Of a stretch of 64,000 nt of DNA, positions 37,706-50,958 are shown in pieces (position 1 is the first letter of the stretch; every line of letters begins with the position of its first letter). The position numbers and the translations under genes are program-made. The notes under the pieces are model-generated. The model was not told the origin of the DNA, made no database searches, and saw only the letters and a program-made list of their open reading frames with translations. Location: NCBI RefSeq assembly GCF_036321535.1, contig NC_087438.1:7504001-7568000 (forward strand), given 5' to 3'. The stretch comes from Camelus dromedarius. Lineage: Eukaryota.

Positions 37706-40316
37706 GCAACAGTTTCTTTTAACACAAAAAATCTGGTGGCTCTCTACCCAACGGATGTTTTGCTTTTAGTATCAAGATTCTCCCAGATCTTCAGTAAAAA
37801 CCTGTCAGCTTGCCTCTCAAGAGCTCCACTTGGGAGCACTGGAGCAGGTGACCTCTCAGGTGTGCCCAGCTCTAAATCCAATGATTCTATAAGAATTTCT
37901 TGAGTATAATCCCATTCTTATGACTCCAGTCCTCACTAATTAGTATATCTCTGCCCCTGAGGATGTGCACAACCAGAAATCAAAGTAAATATCCTCCTTG
38001 GAGAGAGCAGAGGGCTCAATTGAATATGCCCAGAAGGATGGAGAATTTTCTTCCCCAACACTGACCTTACCTGGGTCACTTCTTCCCCTAGCTGGGAAAT
38101 AGGAAGTAATCTAATTAAGAAGTTAATTAACTATTTAATTAACTATTTTCCCTTTAAATAATCAAATCCTAAGCTCATTATTACTGATGCACTGAGTATT
38201 TTCTGAGGGCTATGCATTCTGACACAGTTGAAGTCAGTGGAGTTTATTTAAATAGATGATTTAAAAATTTCAGGCAAAATAATTGTAATGTAATAAACTC
38301 AATAAAGGGTTCTCATTTCTATGCAGTTATTGTTCTATGCAGCACTATTCTATGTAGTTATTACTACATATGGCATTCTATAAACTCCAACCGCTGGAGA
38401 ATTGATTTAAATTCAGTTCATATGTTTACGTAGTAAGAAAACACTCCTGGTAAATAGTGCAATCCTTCGAGGAACAGCATGAAAAGAAAAGGGTTATCCA
38501 TTCCAAGAGGTGGACTCCAGCGCAGGTGCGCAGGGCTGCGTCCGGACAGGAAAACTGAGAGCTTCCTTGCCTTTCTTCCCCCTTTCTAGCTGATAAAAGG
38601 CACTTTCCTGGGGTGGAGGGCAGGGTGGCAGTCTGGTAAGGAGGCTGCGGAGGGAGAGGGAACAGGAATAGGGTGCTCAGAAGCTAGTCAACCATACCTG
38701 GTTTCCGCATCCATTATGGAACCAGGTGTTGTGCAAATATGGCTTCCAAGCTGCTCACCAGCACCACCAGGCGCTGGAGGGAAGCTGAGCCTTCCGCGGT
38801 TTCCTTCTCATCCTCACACGGATGGAGCCCATCCAGGCCCCTGAGACGCCTGGGTGCCCCTGCCGTTTCTCCCTCCACGGCTCCGCGAGGTTCTGATCAC
38901 CGCCTGCCAGACTCGAGCCTTCCTACATGAGAGGAGAACTGACGCTGAGCTCCTGGCTACGCCGTTGCCCTTGACGCTTGGGACGCCAAGTGTCTGCATC
39001 CGACACAAGCTGCTCTGGATTCACTGGGCAATTCTGGGCCGAACTTCTTAAAACGCACTTAGTTGCACTCCTACTGATCATCCTAAAACACACGTAGCCA
39101 TGGGTTTTGGAAGATGTGCTTAATTTATGTACATACAACAAGAGATCTGGTATAGGAGCCAACACCAGTGAATCAGTGATGAAGACAGTTCCTTGTGCTT
39201 TAGAAGACCACAATGTAGTCGGGAAAATGAGATAAACATGCAAGTCTATTCTATTTACAGTTATATTTCATCTAAAACAAAACAAAACAAAACGAATTAA
39301 GCTTGACCATTATTTATGATGTGGACTGTTTCGCCGGTCTGCAAGGCAGACTGTCCATCACCTGGCTTCATGCTCCTCAAGGCTCTGGAGGAAGGAGTAG
39401 GGTCACCACCCACAGGTCTCTGTAGCCCTTCATTTGCTTCCAGTGTCTTGCAACAGATACAGGGCACTGTCTGCTTAACAGGGTAACAAACTAAATGCTC
39501 CAGTTATATCTTTGATGTATCGCAAGTACTTAGAACTGTGATCAAATGTACAATGAATAAATTTAAACTAACTCTTACAAAATGGACACGTGGCTTAAAA
39601 AGACTGCTACAAAAAAAAAAAAAAAAAAACTCCAGAGGTTGAAGTTAACACCAATACACGCACAAGTGAGCACGTCATAAAAGAGAAGCGCTCACACGTC
39701 TCCTGGTACACGTACTTCATGAACCGCATTACAAACACCGAAGAGCTAATCAGATTTGACAGGAAGCCACCCTTCCCCACAAAACCCGAAATCACTGGGA
39801 AGGACATTAGAAATTTAGATTTACATCCTGAATCATTAATGAGAAACATCAGCTCAAGGGCATTTGGACCTTGAGATATCACCTAATGATCATTAAAAGT
39901 CACAACGATTAGCAAGACATTTAAAATACTGCTCATTTCACCTTTATCAAAACATTAATATCCATTCCATATTCATTTTACTACATTTTACAGTTTATAT
40001 AATGGTCACATAACATGTCTGTGGAATTTACAAAAGAATATACAAATGTTGAGGGTGCAGGCAAAAAGCAGTTTTTAAAGGGATGGGGTCCACAATCAAA
40101 GTTTGGGGCCACACCCCTGGTACAGAGCAGCCACCTGGCCGGAAGACAGATTGTTGCAGTGCTCAACCTGGGCAACTGTAAGTGCCGGTGCAGAAGCAAG
40201 AGTCATTTGCCACGGAAGCCTCACAATGAATAAACTATTGTGCTGCCATTGCTGTTGGGTTGTCACTGGAGCTGGGAGCTGGCAACTGATGCTCATGGCA
40301 TGAGGTGCTGCCTGCT

Positions 40317-40750
40317 TTGTAAGGGTTGAATTGTGCCCCCCTCCCCAATACACACAATTTCCTATGTTAATGTCCGAACCCCCAGTCTGTCAAAATGTGG
40401 CCTTATTTAGAAACAAGAGTTGTTGTATAGTTAGCTAAGATGAGGTCGTGATGGTGAGCCCTGACCTGATATGACTGGCATCCTTATGAAAAGGGGAAAT
40501 TGGACACAGACACACACAGGGAGAATGCCAGGGGAACACTGGAGTTACCTTTCCATTAGCCAAGGAATAACAAGAAAGTGGGAGAGGGGCCTGGAACAGA
40601 TCCTACCCTACTGCCTTCAGAGAGGGCACAGCCCTACTGACACCTTGATCTCAAACTTCCAGCCCCCAGAACTCTGAGACCATAAACCCCTGTTGTTTAA
40701 ACCACTCAGTCTGTGGCACTTTGTTATGGAAACTCCAGGAAAGGGATTCA
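40317..40750 (+). mobile_element. ERVL-MaLR solo LTR (MLT1C-like)
   Basis: gggttgaattgtgcccc...ttccagcccccagaactctgagac...tgttgtttaaaccactcagtctgtggcactttgttatgg; flanked by ctgct on both sides. Confidence 0.85.
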
Positions 40751-41732
40751 CTGCTTCTTGTGGGAGGTGGCCAGCCTGGCGGGAAGTCCTGCCCTCGATG
40801 ACCCGGGTGGAAATGAGAGTGGGTTTGTCGGAGCCTTTGCAGAGTGATGGGGAGACATGCGCTGCCTGCGACGGTGGACTCCGGACACAGACACAGCCCC
40901 CCTCCCCCACAGCCCCTTCCACGCTCCAGCTGACTTGAGGCGGGGGCTGCCACGTGGGGACTTGGGGGCCCGCACGAGCTCTGTCAACTTCTCTGCTGTC
41001 CCAGTGGCCCCAGGCAAAATGAAAACTTTCACCACTTCCTTCCTGATGCACAAGCTGTAGCCCTTCGTGCACGCCCTGTGCTACCTACAGACTCAGGACA
41101 CGGATCTAGGAGCCTCGCGGGGGCAAACCTGACGGTGAGGGCCACGAAGCAGAGGTCCGTGACTATTTCATGCTGCCTTGAAATTGTCTCAAATGCTTTC
41201 TATTCCGAGGATCTTGCTGGACTTTCAGGATGGTTTTCCCTGGAGGAGGCATCTGGGCCCACGAGCAGGTGACAAGTTATCCCTGTCACCAGGGCATCCT
41301 CTGCCACTCAGCGCTCCCACCATATCAAGACTCTGCCTTTGGCCAAGGGCAGGTGTCTGCGGCTCACCGCACTCCAGCACCCAGGTCAGCTGTTGCCGCC
41401 ATGACCTGGGCCCTGCCTGCCCACACGGGCCACCCAAACAGCATGGGAGCTGGAAGCTGGTCGGCCCACAGCACTGCAGTCCACTGGCATCCACACACCC
41501 GCTGAGGAAAAGGCTACATCTCTTTGAAAAGGCGGCTGACAACTAGCCTGGATATAAAAGATGATGTTGTTGGAAGGTAAGGATGATGCTGAAATTGGTT
41601 CACTACATGGTTTTAATTAAAGTTCAAACATGCAGATAATGGCTTAAAGATACAAATTCCCAGACATATCATTTGTGCCATCTCTTAACTTCAGCATTTT
41701 CAATTTTCTATGTCTTATCTTAAGAATTAACT

Positions 41733-41792
41733 CGATCACAATATTTGTAAATCAAACCATCATGCTGTATGCCTTAAACTTAAAAAAAAAAA
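41733..41792 (+). mobile_element. Very short L1 3'-UTR retrocopy with poly-A
   Basis: aatatttgtaaatcaaaccatcatgctgtatgccttaaactt plus A-tail; TSD aagaattaact / aagaattcact. Confidence 0.6.
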
Positions 41793-41851
41793 AAGAATTC
41801 ACTTTAACTGAGAGAATCATTAAAAATGGCCATGGATTACGACGTGGCATC

Positions 41852-42325
41852 CGTTAGGGACCGAATTTTCCCCGACCCCCAATATGTGAACTCCTTACCC
41901 TGACCTTAGGATTTGACCTTTTTTGGAAGTAAGGTCTTACAGAAGTAACTGAGTTAAAATGCAGCTTTTAGGGTGGGCCCTAATCAAATATGGCCGATGT
42001 CCTTACGAAAAGGGGAAATTCGGACATGGAAACAGACACACACAGAGGGACGGTGATGTGAAGAGACACTGGGAGAACGCCTCTTGACAACAGAGATCAG
42101 GGTGACACATCTGCCCGCTGAGGGTCACCAAAGATGCCCCACAAACCAGCGGGAACTAGAGAGAGGCCTGGGCGGAGTCTCCCTCATGGCCTCAGAGGGA
42201 ACCGACCCTGGGGACACTTGGATCCTGGACTTCCAGCCTCCAGATCTGTGAGATAATACATTTCAGTTATTTTAAGCCACCCTGGTTGTGGTGTCTGTCA
42301 CAGCAGCCCTAGGGAAACACAGGAG
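41852..42325 (+). mobile_element. ERVL-MaLR solo LTR (MLT1C-like)
   Basis: gggtgggccctaatcaaatatggccgatgtccttacgaaaaggggaaatt...ggacttccagcctccagatctgtgagataatacatttc. Confidence 0.85.
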
Positions 42326-42409
42326 GCGTCTAGTGATAACGGTTTCAGGCCAGAGTTACCAGTGACGCCTGAAAGCAGGAGATGAAAGTTTGATGAGAAA
42401 CAAATGCTC

Positions 42410-42560
42410 CCAGCTCGGTTACGGTCATTCACAGACGTGCACGGGGCAGCGAACGTTAACATCCCTGATACACAGGTTCCTGTCTGAGGTCTGACAGGAT
42501 GGTGCTCTGCCTTCTGATTTCAGCTTTTATATTGTAAACAAGTGTCCTTTTCATGGTCCC
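42410..42560. mobile_element. Tigger4/Zombi-like fragment
   Basis: ctgaggtc...gctctgccttctgatttcagcttttatattgtaaacaagtgtccttttc. Confidence 0.6.
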
Positions 42561-42574
42561 CACTGTAAAGATAC

Positions 42575-43740
42575 TCTTTGTTTTGTAATTAATAAATATG
42601 CTGGGGAAAATACTTTGAGGCAATTCAAATATCCTGTTTCACCTTAAACTTGCACCCACAAATTGTAACATCCATAGGTGCATCTTGTCTACCCCGGTCT
42701 CTGTGCTGTTAGCCTCTTGGTGATATTCTAGCTCCCTCCTTCCTATGCATTTATTAATTGGAACTCTTCTTTACAGAAGAGCTGTCCCCCTTCACTTACG
42801 TATTCAATGATTAATTTTGGTATAGACTCAGGGGTATCTACTTTACTCTATACTCTTGTTATTTATTTTAGCACAAATTGTTCCAGCTTTGCCATTAGGA
42901 GCGCCTCTGGGCTGGCTTCTGTATTGTTCTGACATGACTCCATCCTTTCACGAACACTCCCTCATCTTCTGTCACTACAAGTTGTTCCTGGCTCAGCCAG
43001 TATTTTTCCTGTCTTGATCCTAGAATTAACCATTTCCCCAAGGAACCCTGGTTCCCTTGACTGGGGAATGGTACTTAGAAACCAGGATCCAGGCCCGAGG
43101 GGTGCTCATGGCTACGTGGGTGTCAGTTGGTTAATGCCCGCTCAGTGAACACAGCTAGAAGTACAGGTAAGCACACTGACCCTCCCCCCACCTGTATTTG
43201 TGTTCGTAGGCATATACGTGTTGGTATGTATCTTCGATCCATCCATACATCTATTTAAAACTATGCGTTCATACTACTACTTCCAATTCCAATTAAACAC
43301 TGCAGGTCATTTTAATCTTCCCCCTTTCCTATTTGCACCCTCTTTCTCTGACAATGAAAAATTTGACTCTCCTTAGCCACAAAATATTTACTTATTTGTT
43401 CAGTCCTAGTATACACATAAAGCAATTTCAGAACTGCCAACCCAAACCCCTGTAAGAAACATTCACTAAGTGGAGTGTAGCCCTTATGCATAGGTTTTTG
43501 GATTTTTTTTTGTCTTTAGTCTTACAGTAGCCAGTCACAACACCATCTCCCAAAGTTACTCAGGTGAGGTCCATCCCCTCTGCCACCCCGGCCACGCCCC
43601 TTTCAGTTGGTAATATTAAGCATTCATATTACAATTAGGTCCACCCGTTCCTCTGTGTACTCCGTTTGGGGTCTCTCCCACATCCTGGATGATTGGAATT
43701 GCTTGCTTATCTTGGGGTGAAACATGAAACAGTGCCACAG
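42575..43740 (-). mobile_element. L1MC/MD-like 3' UTR fragment
   Basis: tttgtaattaataaatatgctggggaaaatactttgag...aaccatttccccaaggaaccctggttcc...ggaatggtacttagaaacca. Confidence 0.7.
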
Positions 43741-44709
43741 TCCTTTATATAATGGAAGTGGGCGTTTCACCTTAACACACTCAGCAGAAGGCTCTGGGGA
43801 AAATCACAGCTTTCCTTGACTGGGTCCGTTCTGAGAGGGAATCTAGCAGCCACTCAGGAGGACATTAGCTGATAATAATGCCTGCTACTCTTCTCGGATA
43901 TGGAGTGCCACAGGTAACTAGAATTTAGCTTGACGAGAATTCTTGGGAAACATTTTCAAATGTCTGCCATGGTATCATTTTTTCTTTTTTTTAAATGTAG
44001 TGTCTCAAAACAACTTGGCAGCATAAGAAATGATTGTTTTTAAATATCTGAAAAATTACAAGATCAAGGGGAATAAGTAACAAAGATTTGCAAAAAAAAT
44101 TACAAGTGAAAGTGTTTTTCTTTTTTTGGGGGGTGAGTGAGGTCACATAATAACCTCTTTAATGCTCCAGTTGTTCATTTTCTCTGTAATTAGTATTTGA
44201 TTTTCCGACTGGGGAAGGAAGCCACCAGAGGTAAGTCAGTAAATGCAAACACAGTTCTAAATATCGGGAAGGAAAGCCAAGTGTTTGCAAATGCAAATCT
44301 AAGGAGGCAACTAGCATCTGAGAGTAGGTATTTATTTTCCTATTTGGAGAACACTGGGTTCAAAACATCAAAAAATATAAAACTGCAGGATTAGGGTAAT
44401 GTGAATGGTGAAGTCACATGCCATGACATTTCCAAGGGAGATTAACGTAAAGCATTAAATGTTTGACAAATTCTGGAAACAAACAGCCCTTTCTGTGTGT
44501 AAAGTAAAACCAGCTCAGTGCTCTGAAGCCTTGTTGTAAATGGTAATGAGGCCACCCACTGCATGGGTGGGATATGAGCTTGAGGAACATGGAAAAGGCT
44601 GTGGGCAACCCCAGAATCAACAAGTTTATTCTCCACAGGAACCTGGATTTATAGTCTGTCTTGATTCTGAAGACATTCTGTCAATGCGGAGGGTTTCTGT
44701 AGCCTATTA

Positions 44710-45200
44710 GGACATGAGCTTCCAAGTCAAGACAGAGTCAGGACTGAATCCTGGCCAGGCCACCGACTGGCTATGTATCATTGTGTCAGATCACCTCATT
44801 ACACCTTGATTTCTTCATCTATATATTGGGCATAATAACACCAACTTATAGGTGGCATAAGCAGTAAACCCAACGTGAAGTACTTAGTAAGTGCCCAGCA
44901 CAAAACACACACACACACACAGCCCAGGGGCTAAGAGTGGGGACCTTGGGCCCAGCTGCCAGTCGGGAGTGCTGGCTCTGCCACTCACTCATTGTGTGTC
45001 CTTGGCAAGGTCGTTTAACCTCTCTGGGCCGTTGAAGTGGGAGGAGTAATCTGGAATGGGGATAATGATCAATAACCTGCTCTGCACTAGGGATGGGGAT
45101 AGAGTTATTTGCAAGGATCAAATGAATCAACATGGGCAGAACACTCAGAACAGAGCCACCAGGTTCACTGCCCTCTGTAGTACTATCAGTGATAATTATT
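44710..45200 (+). mobile_element. Two tandem MIR SINEs separated by a short (AC)n
   Basis: gaatcctggcc...tttcttcatctatat...aagtacttag; then ctggctctgccact...ttggcaaggtcgtttaacctctctgggcc...aatggggataat. Confidence 0.7.
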
Positions 45201-47481
45201 AACCATGATTATTCAGTGAGCCCACCAGAGAAACGAGATGTGCATGGTGGTGGACACGAACTATTACACGGAGTGCCAGGTCTGGAGCAGGGGTTTGGAA
45301 GGCGTTGTGTTGGCAACATAGACCAATAACTTCGGAATCCACAGAGGCTCACCCCATCTGTCAATGGCGTGGCAGGTGGTTTAACCCACAGCAGTAAAGA
45401 GAGAAGCCAAAGTCCAGAGGACAAGAGCTAACACACCCATAAGGAACATATTTCAGCAATTTGACTGCAGGGAACAAACAGACCCTCACTCACGTGTTAC
45501 GTAAACCCTGCCCTGTGGTCGGCTTGATTCAAAATACCTGGTTCCAGGGGAGACGAGCCTTCGCAGTGGATGAGATGCTCAAATCTAGAGTGCGAGGTGC
45601 TCCCCTCTTTCCCCTGCAATCATTCATCCTCTGGCATATTTACTTAAATTGTGCATCTTCGATAAATGCTGTATTTTACCTCATGAGAAAAAAAATCAAT
45701 AGAAAGAAAACTAATGGGCTGTTCTGTCCTTATTTCTAAACACACTAATAAATTATCATCTGTCACTGTACTGATACTGTGCCATCCAGGGAAATAGCTA
45801 TTTGTCCCGTATTCCGCTTAAACTCATGCAGAGAAGCACGTTTCATTAACTTTCCAGGATTTTTTTTCCAGGCAAGGCTCTCTGTCCTTTTGGTCTCATC
45901 CTTTTTCTTCCTTCTTCAGGAACTACAGGATGTGAAGGGAAATGACACCACAGGTTTCCTAGTGGAGGAAATGACTTCAGGCCACGTGCTCTTATCCTCA
46001 GTTCCAAGTCCAAGAACGTTTTGAACACTGAAAAGTTTTGTTCTAACTCTTAGGCAGGCAAAACTTAACCTGAACTGATTTGAGTCTGTACATTTTTAAA
46101 CTGGATCTCCCCTGGCATGAACAGGCTGCCTGAGGCCCCTCTACAGGCGCTGTATGGAATCTGTATCATTTTATTCTCCTAAAACCTGTTTATTCTCCTA
46201 AAACATCAACATTTCTCAATTCTGAAACCAATCAGGCCCCAAGGTTTTCAGACACAGGACTGTGGACCAGTAGGAGAATTCCTGACGCTGTTATGTGCCA
46301 AACACAACTTTGTGAAAGTAACCAGCGAGAAAGATAGTTCTAGAATTTTCTTTAAACAGTCTTCTTCTTTTAAAATCAGAACTTGGGCTGAACCTTCCCG
46401 TTTCTGATCTCATGATTTAAAATGGGCAATCATTGCTCAGAAACTTCGCCACCAATTTGTCCTCCCCTGAAGAAACTGCCCTGTCAATACCACACAAAGT
46501 TTCCTAGGAAACACTCCATGGTACAGCACATATGTAAGCAGACATGTGGGGTCACCAAGCACAGGCACATCCTTCTTCAGGGGTGCCTGCTATCAGGACT
46601 AACTCTTGGAAGCCTGGCCTGCTCTGGACCCCAGACTTGGGTATAGATTCCTGCTCAGTGTGGCAAGCGTACAGCGTCCTTGGAGTTCAGTTTCCTGTGT
46701 GTAAACTGGGGAGAATGCCACCTGCTCTCGGGACGCTTGGACTGAAATACAGGAACACAGGTTGGCTGCTCTCCACTTTCTTTTGCTCTGGCTGAGACTT
46801 GTCTGGGGAGAGTTATAAGGTGGAAAGCGTAGTGTTCACTTTCTTCTACGTGGACAAGTAAGTTCAGAGAGAGGTATGGGCTGCATACTTGTGCGTGACA
46901 AGGCAGAAGGAAATGGACTTGTATCAAGGTCCTTGGGCCACACTTGACATCAGAACCTCCAGGGAAGACAGGGGTAAACAGAGATGCTGGTGTCGCAAGA
47001 AGATGAGCTGTCGAGGACCCGGGGGGCTGGGAGCAGAGACGTCACTGAAGGACACTTGGTCACTCATAAGGGTGTGGTCTCCATGATTCTAGGTTTGGCT
47101 GAAATTGGCAAAGCCCTGACGCTTGGGAACATTATTTAAATCAGAAGTTCTCTGTCCTGATGGCACAGAACAGGCCCATCCTAGAGACTTGCCTAGCATG
47201 GCCTTTTCAAAGGTCTGCAGGTGATTTCAATATGGTAGTGGAAGCCCACGGCCAATGGCATGAGCTCACACTTACCAGGGCAGAGGGCGTGATCCGGATG
47301 CCCTATTTCTCCCCCGTCTGGGAACAGAACCCACACCTCACTGATCATGAAAGGAAAAGGACACAGCACAGGGCCCCACACAGACCAAGAGTTCTCAGAA
47401 GCACAGAGCCGAGAGCAAAGGTGATCGTTTAACTGAATAACCATCTGTGAGGCATCTCGAGATTCGCGAGAACTCTCCCAC

Positions 47482-47578
47482 CTGGGGCTCTCCCACTCCT
47501 GGTCGTCCTGGTCCTTCTCCTCTTTGGTGTCTCCAGAATGCGGGTGTTTCTGCACAATCCGCATCCCACCGGCTTTCA
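47482..47578 (-). CDS. DAP: DAP coding exon 2 (VKAGGMRIVQKHPHSGDTKEEKDQDDQEWESP)
   Basis: Acceptor tctgtcttcatttcag|TG and donor CAG|GTGGGA; 97 nt, phase 1 to phase 2. Confidence 0.97.
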
Positions 47579-47622
47579 CTGAAATGAAGACAGAGCAGGG
47601 TGAGATCAGTGTGGATGGGGAA

Positions 47623-47638
47623 CCACCAGAGGGCAGTG
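47623..47638 (+). promoter_or_regulatory. Candidate CTCF site
   Basis: CCACCAGAGGGCAGTG matches the CTCF core CCASYAGRKGGCRS at every position. Confidence 0.6.
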
Positions 47639-48109
47639 CTCGGTTGCCCCCTCCCACCCCCCCGCCACGAGCCAGCCTGGATCAGCCAGCAGGGACCATG
47701 GCTAAGTACAGAGGGTTAGTGTGGTTCAGGGGGCCAGGGTGGGGCTCAATATGATGAGACACTCAACGCTCTCTGTCACTCCAGACCCACTTAGGAACTT
47801 TCCAAGGCTCTTGCTTGTTGCTTGGGTCTCCTTTCAAGCATTCTGTAAGAGCAGCCGTGTAACCAGCGTGTAAACCACTCGGAGGAAGTGGCTGCTCGGT
47901 TTCGATTCTGCACAGCTTCTTGATGCCACAAAGGCTCACTTAATCCCTGCCTGTGACATCTTCTCAATGCTGATGATGCTTCTGATGGGGCCACACAGCC
48001 GTGGGGACACAGGGCAGCCGCTGTGTCACAGCCACAGAGCCCACTCAGGTGGCAACTTTCCCCAAGCTGTGCCGTGAAACCCTCGCATCCTCAGCAGTTA
48101 ATTCAGTTT

Positions 48110-49040
48110 CAAAAAACAGCCTTATTGACATGTAATTCACCTGCAATGTAACTCACCCATTTAGAGCATACAATTCAAGGGTTCTGAGTGTGTTCAGAGT
48201 CGCATGACCATCGCCACAATCATTTTCAAAGGTTTTCATCACCCTAAACAGACGTAGGCATCAAGGCTTACTCTCCAATCCCTCTTCTCTCCTGGCTGCC
48301 AGCAACCAGCCACCTGGATCTGCCTGTTCTGGACATTTGACATAAATGGAATCATAAAACATGTGGGCTTTGGGGATAGGCTTCGTTCACTGAGCATAAT
48401 GTTTCCAAAGCTCACCCATGTTGTAACAAGTATCAATCAGTACTTCATCCCTTTTTATGACTGAATAATATTCTACTGCGTGGAGAGACCACATTATTAT
48501 CCATTCATCTGTTGATGAGTATTTGCATTGTTTCCACTTTTGGGCTCCTGTGAATAACACGGCTACAAACAACCTGTGTCTGTACAAGTTTTGTGTAGAC
48601 ACAGGCACAGCTACCTTCCTTTCCTTGGTACACATGTGGAATGGAGCAGCTGGGTCACATGGTAACTCTGTGTTTACCCTTTTGAGGGATCCCCAAGTGC
48701 TTTCCGAAGCCACAGCACTGTTCCATTCCAATTCTCCACATGCTCGCCCACACTTGTTCTTGTCTATCTTTTACATTATGGTTATTCTACTACTATATAT
48801 ATAAAATAAACCACAAGGTCCCACTGTACAGCACAGGGAACTACATTCAATGCCTTGTACTAGTCTATAATGAAAAAGAATATGAAAGGGAATATACATG
48901 TAAAGCTGAATCACTATGCTGTACACCAGAAATTAACACAACATTGTAAACCAACTATACTTCAATTTAAAAAATTAGTTATTCTAATGGGTGTGAAGTG
49001 ATATCTTATAGTTTGATTTGTATTTCCTTAATAGCTAATA
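48110..49040 (-). mobile_element. L1MB-like 3' fragment, interrupted at 48790-48975
   Basis: acagccttattgacatgtaattcac...ctggacatttgacataaatggaatcata...ctaatgggtgtgaagtgatatc. Confidence 0.88.
48790..48975 (+). mobile_element. Young lineage L1 3' end nested in an older L1
   Basis: caaggtcccactgtacagcacagggaactacattcaa...ctgaatcactatgctgtacaccagaaattaacacaacattgtaaa; TSD gttattcta at 48781-48789 and 48978-48986. Confidence 0.88.
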
Positions 49041-49481
49041 TGTTAATAATGGTTTGCAAGGGGAAAAAAACCCCCAAAAGTGTGGGAAATGCTAGGTTGC
49101 ACGAATTGATGGGTTTCCTCGGGACAGACTCTCTCTGCCTTTAGCGTGCCTGGTAAGCTTTACATGGGGCACAGGGCATGCTGCCTTTCCCAAGTGTGTT
49201 TGACCACAGAACTACCCACCTCCCCGCCCCTGGTAATGCTGGTAAATTATCCTTTAGGGCTCTAGTGTTCCACGGGATACAGTTTGGAAATGCTGGCCTT
49301 ATATTTAAAAAGCCAGCCCCACATGGTAGCTGCCAGCATGTGCTCTGGGGTCAGCAAGTTCCTCCAGGTCCTCAGCTACATGGTCCCAGATTCATCAGCT
49401 GCTCAGAGTCTTGCCGCTTCATCCCCCAAAGAGGATGGGCGCTGCATCCTAAGGTGGACAAGTTTAAGTGAGAAGAGAGGC

Positions 49482-49790
49482 TGTTGGCTTCTAACCCCCA
49501 AGGTGATGCTGTTCAGAGGTGGGGACTTGGAAGGTGCTTAGGTCACGAGGGTGGAGTGCTCAGGAATGGGATTTGTACCCTGAGAACCCCAGAGAGCTCC
49601 CTCGCCTTCCTGCCTGGTGAGGACACAGAGCATACAGCCCTCTGTGAGTCAGGAAGCAGGACGCCATCAGATATTGAATCTGCCTTGATCTCGGACCTCT
49701 GGGCTCCAGAACTGTGAGAAATAAATGTCTGTTGTTTACAAGTCACACTGTTTGTGGTCCACCATTACAGCAGCTGAACAGACGAAGACA
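49482..49790 (+). mobile_element. ERVL-MaLR solo LTR (MLT1A-like)
   Basis: ttaggtcacgagggtggagtgctcaggaatgggatt...ctccagaactgtgagaaataaatgtctgttgttta. Confidence 0.82.
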
Positions 49791-50958
49791 GAGGAGCCTG
49801 GCAGCTTCCTGGCACTGGATAGATGGTAGAGCATGTTAACTGCACCCACTGGCCCCAGGTTAGTGGTGTGGGGCTCACACATGGCTCATCTTCCCTCTTC
49901 AGGGCAGCTACTCTGTTCTGCCACAGCCCTGCCCCAACCACACAGTACGGTCAACTTGTCAGGCCACATCCTCTGTGTTCCAAATTTGGTCGGACCCTGC
50001 TGAATGACGAAATCCAGGACAATTTCTTTGTGATGCTAAAGAACACTTAGAGTTTCTTAGCTTTCAGTTTCCCTGGCACAGTCCAGGGAGCTGAGGATGC
50101 CTGCCGCATGGTCCGTGGTACCCAATATCAGCCCATCAGAAATGGGCAAAGCAGAGGGCATGTGACATAAAGGACCGAGTTTAAGGACCCACTATTGGTC
50201 TGGGTTTGGGACTCAAGTCTCCCTGCGGCCACCCCTATTTCTTTTCAATGGGGAGGGGACACTCTGCTTTGGAAAGAAGGGAAGGTAATCCTGTCCAGGA
50301 ATTCTCTCAAAAATCTGGTTTTTTATCCCATCAGTTGATTTTTATTCCAATCATTTTATTTTTTATTTCTAGAGCTTGTCCCCCCTCAGATTCATCTGGT
50401 CTTTATTTGATAGTGTCTTACTCATTGCTCGTGTTTTTAATTCTTTTACATGTTTAATCATTTTAGGCATATTTATCTTATAGTTGTGTATCTAATTATT
50501 TTATGATCTGAGGTCCTTGGGGGTCTCACCCCACTATTCGTTTTTCTCTGCTGATTCTCGCTCATGTCTGGGTCGTGAGCTTGTCCTCAGTTCAGGTTTG
50601 ATCTGTGGGGATACTCTGGGGTGTGGGGTGCAGGCAGCATCCTTCTGGGAAGATGCTGGACGTGCTTCTGTCAAACCAGGAGTAACAGCACCTGGAAATC
50701 GTTTCTATGTCAGATTTCTCAGAACAGAAATGGGCAGACAGGACACATGTGAAGTCTTCACCCGTGGAAAGTCAGTCTGCGTTTACAAATTCTCAGGGAG
50801 ACTCTGTTATCAAGCCAGAAGCCAGTCTGAAACAGAGTGGCTTCCTCACCATCCCACCGCGTTGTCAGACACATTTCTTTCTGTACCCTTTCTCCGTGGG
50901 TTTGGGCTCTGACCATCCAGCTTTAAGCTGGGGTCTTGGGTTAAATGAGGCCATTGAG

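Noticed and set aside
46170..46204. Short tandem duplications (19-bp period here; about 20-bp period near 14998-15037)
   Set aside because: Ordinary two-copy slippage events with no further structure.
47463..47471. BANP-like TCTCGCGA motif just inside intron 2
   Set aside because: Imperfect match to TCTCGCGAGA and outside a CpG-island promoter; probably chance.
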